Assembly: GCA_973895155.1 (NCBI GenBank)
Contig: OZ316893.1
Coordinates: 17,614,770-17,678,769 of the forward strand
Source: Marsupella aquatica
Lineage: Eukaryota > Plantae > Marchantiophyta
DNA length: 64,000 nucleotides
Direction of reading: 5' to 3'
The position numbers and the translations under genes were made by a program. A model generated the notes under the pieces. The model was not told the DNA's origin. It did no database searches and saw nothing but the letters and a program-made list of their open reading frames with translations. Shown piece after piece: positions 56,009-64,000 of this stretch; the first letter of the stretch is position 1; each line of letters opens with the position of its first letter.

Positions 56009-59000
56009 ACAGGAATCACTCGGCCGGTTAAGTGGGTAAAGCAGGAAGGCACCCTAGGAACACCTTAGTATAGTGACAAAACAAGGAAAATATAAACAAT
56101 TAGGGGCAACCATGGAACCCGGGCAGAGGCCGGAGGTAAGGCTGAGGGTGAAAACCCGATTAGGGTTAGGGCGCGTTAAGCGTCGGCGGCTAGGAAGGAT
56201 CAACGGGAAGAAAGACCGGCAGAGGAGAGGGGTAAGAAGCGCTTGCAGGAGATGGTGGCTCATTTGCGAGCACGAACTAGGCAGACGACTACGGGAGGCC
56301 AACTACTGTCAGCTGCTTAGGCAAGCACTCGGGGAGAGAGTAGATACCGACGATCAACCTAAGGAGGGTATGAGCAACGTCAATCAAGCGGCACATTTCT
56401 GGGGATGCCTGTTCGAACGGGCAACTGAGTACATCAAGACTTACGAGGACGAGGAGTCAGAAAGGGCAGCTCGAGAACGGCAGGAGCTCGCTCGATTGTG
56501 GGAGCTGCAGAAGACGGCTTTCTTAGGAGGCGAACTCATCAAGGACGAGTTCCTGTGATGCCTACTTCCAATCAACTCGACGATCTTCTGTTTTGCAAAG
56601 ACAGCGTCGTCGGCATCCGAGAGGCCATCAAGAACTGCAACGACATACACTGGGAATTAAAGGGTAGCACGGAAAGGTGGACCCGGGCAACGGTGCTAGG
56701 AGAAACCTCCACGGCAGCAGAGATGAAGAGGAAGGGAGCCGTCAACGATGAAGCCACCCCGGCAAAAAGAACGAGGTCGGCGGCACCAAAGAAGCCAGCC
56801 GAGCAGCAGAGCAGGAGGCAGGGAGAAGCCGAAGAGGAGGAGGTCGATCCCATCAAGGCCATTCCAACCAGGGATGACACCTGGAAAGGCTGGGCGGCAA
56901 CCCTACCGGTGGAGGTGCAACTACATTTTGCACGGGAGGAGGATGCATGCTTTACGGCCATGCAGACCAAGAAGTACCAAGGCTTCATGGCCGGATCCGG
57001 CTTGGAGGCCTTTGTAAGATTACCATGGCTGAAGCCGGAGGTACCGGAGTCAGACCTATTAGAATTCGTGGGGTCATGGGAACCCGAGACCAATTGCACG
57101 AGGATATATGGGAAGGATTTCTATCTTACTCCCAAGGTGATTGCCGAAGTGTTTGGCTTGCCGATGGGCAATAAGACCAAAGTTGATACCAGGAAGACCT
57201 TGCCTGACAAGGAGTTCCGGTCGTTCCCCGGGCCATCAACGAAGAATGGCTTCTTCCGGAACACCTGCACCAACCCGCACATAGGAGAGATGATCGACTT
57301 CTTGCGGGTGACCATGCATTGTAACTTGCCGAGGGCAGAGATCGGCAAGGCACAGGTCTATCTGGCAGAAAGGCCAGACCCAAGCCGGGACTACAACGGG
57401 TACCTCCTCAACCAGTTGAAGAAGATCTTAAAGGAGGAGCAGCAGGTAATCGGCATGGGGAGCGTGTCGCAGCTTGGCTATCACATGCCGCTGTTGTGCC
57501 GGTATGCCAGAGGTCAGACTTTTGCCCCGGTACTTCCCCTGCAGGTAAGGGCACCCGAGGAAGCTCCAACGCCGAGGCCGTTGGCTGAGAAGCCTCAACC
57601 ACCTGTTAGTCCTACGATCGAGCAGGTGTTTAGGCCCAGGAAGGAAGACTTGCCGATGCAGCAACCAGGCATGCAGAGTCTGCTGAAACTACTGGAGAAA
57701 GAAAAGAGATCGGCATCGGCAAAAACAACGGCAACGGCAACAATGCAGGACACTACTACAGAGGTAGGCCTACACCGGCTCACAAGAGAAAACCCCTTTG
57801 CTGGAGACAAGGAGAGAATCAGGCCGGAATCCAAGCCAGGTGTTCGAATGTACGTGGGAACCTCAAGCTCCGAATCTGAGGCAGAATTGCCTGAAGCTCC
57901 TACCAACGAAGAGGAGAGGGAGAAGCCGGACGTCCAAGAGGTAGAGGAGGCAGTGGAGGACTGCAGCCATGATAATTCCGGCTATGGGTCGGACCATCAC
58001 GTTCCAGGAGTAAGGACCTGTGGCCGGTTTGTCCCCACACTTCCAAGGGTAGTGCGAGGGGACCCCAACCAGCAGAGTAGCCCTGAGTCTCCCCCACCAG
58101 ATGTTGCTCCCCCGAGCTTCGACGGCATAAAACAGACGGTGCAGGAATTTCAGGAGCGAATCAAGCAGGAGGAAGAGGCCGCCCTGGCTAAGGAAAAGGA
58201 TTTACCAGGAGGAGATTGGCCGGAGGACATCAGGCGGCTAGCCGAAAAAGGAAGCAAACCTCTAGCCACGATTGAAGAGATCCGCAGGACGGCTTGGGAG
58301 CAGAGGCCACGATGGGCGATGCCGATCACTTCTACTTACTCCACCTACGCTAAGAATAGAGCCATGGAGTATGGTGAGATGTGTGGGGAACTTGCGCTCG
58401 GCATCTTTGGAGAGGAGTTGGAGGTAGGACCCTTTTTCCATAGGGAGCAGTTGGAGAAGCACCAATTAGAAGAAGCGGTGGCTTTAGAGAGAAGCAAGAA
58501 GGACGAGGTCATTCGGCGGCTTAGGAGGATGGAAGCCGAGATTGAAGATCTAAGGGCGGCCAAGAAAGCCCAAGATGAACTGCGGATTAAACAACATGAG
58601 CTGAACATCATGCAGGGGCAGTTGGACGCCGCGCAGGCTGATAATCAGAATATCAAGGATAAACTGACTCAGACGCAGGAAGAGTTGGCCGACACGATCA
58701 AAGAAAGGGAAAAGTGGAAGCAAGAGCTGAAGAATATAGAGGAGGCCCACATAACAGCCAACAGCCGGGCCATGGCAGAGACCCAAAGAAAGGAATGGGC
58801 GTTGAAAGGGGAGCTCGAGAAAATCCGCGGAGCCCTTGAGCAGAAGGAGGTCGAGTTAGGGAAATCCTATCAAGGGATTATGGCGCTGCAGCAGGAGCTT
58901 GCGTCCCTGACGGCCAGCTTCAAGGCCGACCTAAGGGAGAAGGACGAGATGCTCGAACAGACTTACGCCAAGATGAACCAGATGGAGTCTGTCATCATTG

Positions 59001-60703
59001 CAGAGCTCGACAAGGAGCTAAGAGCAACCCAGGAGGAGAAGGCTACCTTGAAGAAGGAATTGGAGGAAGCCCACAGGGAGCAGGAGGAGGCCAAAACGAG
59101 CTGGAGGGGGCACGTAAGGACCTGGATGAAACCCAAGAGGAGTTGGAGGAAATCACGAGGAAGATGGAGAACCTACAGCGGCGGGCCGACAACCAAACAG
59201 AGCGGCTGAAGAAACAAGCCGCAGTATTTAAATGCTTAGCTGCAGCAGGTCCATCTCCTGTTGGGACAAACCAGTTACCAGGGGTGGTAATTGCCGAAGG
59301 ACAAGCCGCGCCACCTGCACCAGTGCCGGAGGTAAGTGGGAAGGGGAAGGGACCAGCTGCCGAGCCACCAACGAAGAAGAAGCGGAAACCTTCAGGGTCA
59401 AGGAGTAATACGACTTCACAGGCCGTGGTGATCAAGGAGGTAGACCCAGCACCGACCCCAGACAGGGTCACGGCTAAGGATCCAACTACCCTAGGGGAAG
59501 GGGAAGCCGAAGCCGTGGGAGTGGCTGAAGCCGAAGCCGTGGGAGTGGCTGAAGCCGAAGCCGTGGGAGTGGCTGAAGCCGAAGCCGTGGGGGTGGCTGA
59601 AGCCGAAGCCGTGGGTATTGCTGAGGCCGGTGTCGAGGCTGAAGCCGAAGGTGGACCCAGTCAGGCCGATGGAGAGTTGACTCGGTCAATGGCAGGTAAT
59701 CTGTCAGTAGGCGGGCCAACGGCAGTGGCTGAGGAGGAAGTGTTGGGGGCGTCCATTGAGGATCCACCACCGGTGTCGTGACGGTGCAAGGGCGCCGTTC
59801 CTTTTAGGGAGGGCGGACGTGGAGGGAGGAGGCGTGAGTGGGCAGGGCGGGCACGGATCTCCACGTTTAGGATTAGGATCAGAACCAGGAGCGGCCCTGA
59901 CACTTAGCTTAGTGGGATTGCGGTCCCACTGGTAGGAGCAACACTTGTGCTCCTGCCTTGCTGTACATAGGTAGATTCGGGCAAGTAGATTACTGTTAAG
60001 TAGATTAGGCTTACGATGCAAAGAATGGCGGATCCACTACCAGGATAAGTACCTGGGCAGCGGGGAGCTCAGGGCCTCTTCTTTAGCAAGTTTTTAGTTT
60101 GCACCAGCCGGGCTGGGATCAAGTAGTACGAGAAGCTCTCGGTTAGTCATACAGTGACCCTTGTGTATATTCATGTTTCCTCATGCCTAAGAGCTGAATA
60201 GAGTTGGCCTCACGGCTTAGTTCGCAGAACTTGTGTATGAGATGTACTGTTTGTATGGCAAGTGCATGGTATGACTCAGTCAGAATGAGTCATTTTGCTA
60301 TTTGTGTGTCGCATTAACTTGTGTGAAGAGTGCCCACATCTACCAGAAGGAAGGAAAGTAAGCAGGGGAGTGAGAGTTGGATGTGTCGAGCTGAGAGAGG
60401 TCTTAGCGGCTTAACCAAGCCTATTGGGGATCATTCCGGCGGCGGAATCCAAACATACCTAACAAGACGGAGGGGAAGACAGGGGAAGACAGGGGAAGGC
60501 CTATATTAGGCCGGCTACGTATCTCATGACCCGATGAAGGATCTGTCCAGTATATGTGTGTAAAATGTTAATAGTAGTAGTAGAAGGTTAGCAGCGTCCC
60601 ATGCCGCTAAGCCGCGGAAACGGCCTCGCCAAGCACGAAACCTGCGGGAATCGGCTTGAGCTGGGGGGTTTCTTGGGTTTAGGGAGCCATGGGACGCACC
60701 ACA
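55997..60703 (+). repeat. 3' LTR of element D (4707 bp); accessory ORF broken by two 1-bp deletions
   Basis: Direct repeat of the 5' LTR. Frameshifts near 56556 and 59095. Confidence 0.95.
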
Positions 60704-63700
60704 CCCTGCAATGAAGGAGCTTCCAGCCCTAGCGGTCCAATCCATAAAAATATCACGAGGTTGGGTGACAAGCTCGATGACAGATTGCATAAACCCGACA
60801 GACACACGAGCATTTCCAAAAAACTCCATTTGTGGGAATGGATCGGATTTGAGAGAAGGAAGTTCGATCAAATTGGTGACCGAGGGGTCTTCACTAATGG
60901 AGAGTGGACAGAATTTAGGGTCTTTGGGAATTTTACATTCTCCCATTAATTTCACCAAATATGTCCAGCCTGAGGGTAAACATCTGCGGAAAGTAATCCA
61001 AAGTGTCAGTTGGCAACTCCACGTTACACGATAGATAACTCAAAATGGGAAATATAAAGAGTAGATAATTACCTGATGGTCTGTCTTTGCCGCGTACATC
61101 GGGACAGATATTACAACATTATGCGTGCATATACATTGAAATTTTCTCAACTCCTGACAGGCAGCAATGACTTGAGACATGGGATCGTACTCCCCATTGT
61201 GTAGAATTGCAAGGAACCCATCATCTGATAAAAATGGATCCATGGATTTGAAAAAAGATCTAGCCATGGAGTGATATGGAATGTTCCATTTAGGAACCTT
61301 CTTATCTATGATTGTTGGTTTGAACCCAGTCGGTAGGTAAATGAAGCCCGCATCCACTCCAAATGATCTTTCTTTTCCGCCCCGCACAACACCCTTCTCT
61401 TTATATCCTGACTTGACAAGATCCTTCCCCCACTTCTCCACATTACTAACCATTCAGGTTTTTCCTCCTTGTTGAAAGTCAAGTCAAAGAATTCAAATAG
61501 GCTTGACTCAACCATACAATGACGAGACATTGTACTCTTGAAGTTTCCAACTTCACGTTGGAGACCAGTTGCTGCAACACTCTCCCTTGAAGAAGGTCCA
61601 CCTTTGATAACTCTCTTTCGTTTCTTCCTGGTACTTGTGGCGTCGACTGGAACTATTACCTTCCCTTTGTCAACAAGAGTAATGGGGTCCAATCAAGCTC
61701 CCGTGTTTGCTTTAGAAACTTCAGGTGTAGCATCCACTTTAGTATCTCGTGTTCCCACAGTATTAGACTTCCTCCCTCCTAAATCAACAGTAGGTCATAG
61801 TTAGAAGATGTAATTCCTGAGTATTCAAACAAAGTAGCGCCAAGCACTAACCAGATGAAAATCACTTAGTGCACTAGAACCGTATATGAATCAAGAAAGA
61901 AATCTTAATTTGCAAGATAATTTTAGCCAGCGCCAGGCGCTGGCCAAATTATGCAAACAAATACTCACTTTTCCTCCCAGATTTAGTTAACTCACTTGGT
62001 GCTACTAACTTCGCTTTTGCTTTTGCTCAAGGTTTGCGACTGCGGTCTACATGGACAATTGTTGTTTCACAGATACTTTGCAAGTCTGTGGCAGACTTGT
62101 CCACATTGTCTAGCAGTGCCTGCTTCATGTCGGACACAATTTTTGCTGGAATGTGGGACTTTGAAAGCTTATGGATGCATCCTTCTCCCTTTGATCAAAA
62201 GGCAAATCCCGTCTATCTGTATCTAGATACCATGGGTAGTGAGTTCTCTCCCATTCTGTCATAGGTCTCGGAGGAAATATGCCCTCAGATGGGTACATGG
62301 AATACAAATCAGCTATGGCATCATCCTCACTTATTGTAATCCACTTCATGAAAGCTACAGGATATGCCCAGAAGTAATCAGGTTTGGTTACCTCCATGTG
62401 CATGTAGAACCTATACAGATACCTTTTAGCCCGCTTCTGGTTTTTCTGGGTAGTCTTCTTTGTCTGGATACTTTGAAGGCCACATAGTGTGAAAGAACTT
62501 ACTCTTCACAAAATCACCATATCTCTTGAACTCATTTGTAACAAACTGAACGAGATCATTAAACGAACCACAATTCCACTCTTCCAATCGAGTCGCGGGC
62601 ATGGTTTGCTCTACTTCACGCAGACACGAATGTAACATGCCGACAGCAATTCCCTCCACACTATTCCAAGTGATCCAAGTTTGACACCATTGTTTCACTG
62701 GGTCATCGTTAACACTTGTTGGGTGGAAAAATTGCCTCCGCAGCTTAGGATTGCAATGTGCCACAAGTAGGGTGCTATGTAACTTTGGGTCTAGTGCAGA
62801 AACCGTGGTGAACAATCGGGCGCGGTCCATTGTACACAATGGTGTCAGACTTCTTCTCTCTCTTGTTTCTCTCTGTGACAGCATACATTTATGCACATGT
62901 ACTGAGGAAATCTTCAAATTCATGACTTAACACTTAGGGCGTAATTTTTGAAGACTTCACTGCCCAGTCTTTGGTTGCGTCCTTCATCATTGCCGCATCT
63001 CGTTTGGAAATCTTGTCCACCGACCAGGGACTCCCTTGAGCCTCGGCTGCATCCATGTCAAGCTTGAATTGGTGCGAATAGGACTTTATCTTATTCTCAC
63101 ATAGAATGTAAACAAGAGCTTCCTGTGGCATCTTCTTTGTATACCATGACCCCTTCCGAGTCTTCAGCCGAATGCTCTCAAACTTCTTGAAATTAGTCGG
63201 GTCAATCAGTTTACTGTAATACTCAAGGTCATGCGCCATAATTCTTTTGATTCTATCTGCATCTAGGATCTAGGATTGCTCAACAATGGCTTGGCCAAGC
63301 CTACAGGAAGAAATGCAGCTAGTTAGAGTCAAAGTACAATTGATCTATAACCAGCGCCGAGCGCTCTTAAATCAAACACTCCCAAGATTCAAGGAAGGAA
63401 CCGGAAAAGTACAAGAACTTACTGATTCACGGTGTGCATAGCTGCCTCAATTTCAATAAGACATCCCTTGTCTCCCTTAAAAATTGTGTAGAGCACACGA
63501 GGATGGTATTTCAGATTGTCGGGGTTCTCCTCGGTAAGAAGCGTCCATGAGTACAGCCTGTGATTTCCATCGAAGACAGAGAACATCTTATCCTTCAACA
63601 CAAGAAAATCTGGGTCAGCCTTGCATTCAGCCTCAAACTTCTCGTTCTCCAATTGCTAGATTGGATCCCATGAATCACGAATCTCCTGGGTACAGGTCAG

Positions 63701-64000
63701 AAGAATTCTGTTCTCATCCGTTTGCTGCACATAGAAACGCATTCCTATGGATGAATTGTAACCCATACTACAAAACGAGTCTTTGAGCTTCTTGATGGAA
63801 GAGCTGTCTTTCTGCAAAGTACAAACCACCTCCATGTGAACCAATCGACAAAGAGGGATTCGAGGCGGCTCCTTGTCAAATCCACGAGAATCCTTCCCAA
63901 AACACATGACATGCTTTGAGATGAGATCAGTCTCCACGAGCGCGCAATCTGCAACATCCTGGATTGCAATTGTGTCAAGGTTCTCCATCTTTCTATGCAA
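60704..64000 (-). pseudogene. ParB-like plus DNA methyltransferase-fold spliced gene, copy 2 (continues at 45063-44816)
   Basis: RIPLCRLVHMEVV..L....IKKLKDSF..MGY ... MFSVFDGNHRLYSW (ParB/Srx DGNHR motif, ~63545-63583). GT-AG introns at 63301-63422 and 60984-61072; the latter has the same position and 89-bp length as in copy 1. IELVTQPRDIFMDWTARAGSSFIAG. Confidence 0.75.

Larger units (their letters stand above)
45064..60703 (+). mobile_element. Young Ty3/gypsy non-chromovirus element 'D' (15.6 kb) with 4.7 kb gene-bearing LTRs
   Basis: LTRs at 45064-49772 and 55997-60703 differ at only a handful of positions; TSD CCCTG (45059-45063 and 60704-60708); PBS TGGCGCTAGATGGAGGGGG at 49777; PPT TAAGTGGGGAGC at 55983-55994. 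Confidence 0.96.

Noticed and set aside
45640-59903. Numerous antisense ORFs over elements C and D
   Set aside because: Shadow frames of GC-rich coding sequence; no domains.

Overview
Repeat-saturated eukaryotic DNA, most likely from a non-seed land plant. No intact ordinary host gene is visible. The oldest layer is two inverted, decayed copies of an intron-containing cassette: 1-~17,000 on +, and 44,816-64,000 on -. It encodes ParB/sulfiredoxin-like plus beta-class (N4C/N6A) DNA-methyltransferase-fold proteins. The left copy also carries a Ulp1 SUMO protease and an FCP1/NIF-like HAD phosphatase, and the non-coding parts of both copies carry a repeated AGCGC-N3-GCGCT palindrome. Nested into this layer are: a Bianca-type Ty1/copia element (itself interrupted by an asymmetric-TIR element), a LINE remnant, a decayed chromovirus pol split by solo LTRs, and two near-intact non-chromovirus Ty3/gypsy elements. 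The 3.8 kb and 4.7 kb LTRs of these two gypsy elements each contain a large protein-coding gene (about 815 and 1236 aa), and the two proteins are homologous. One gypsy element appears to have integrated as a tail-to-tail fusion with an LTR of another family under a single target-site duplication (TSD).
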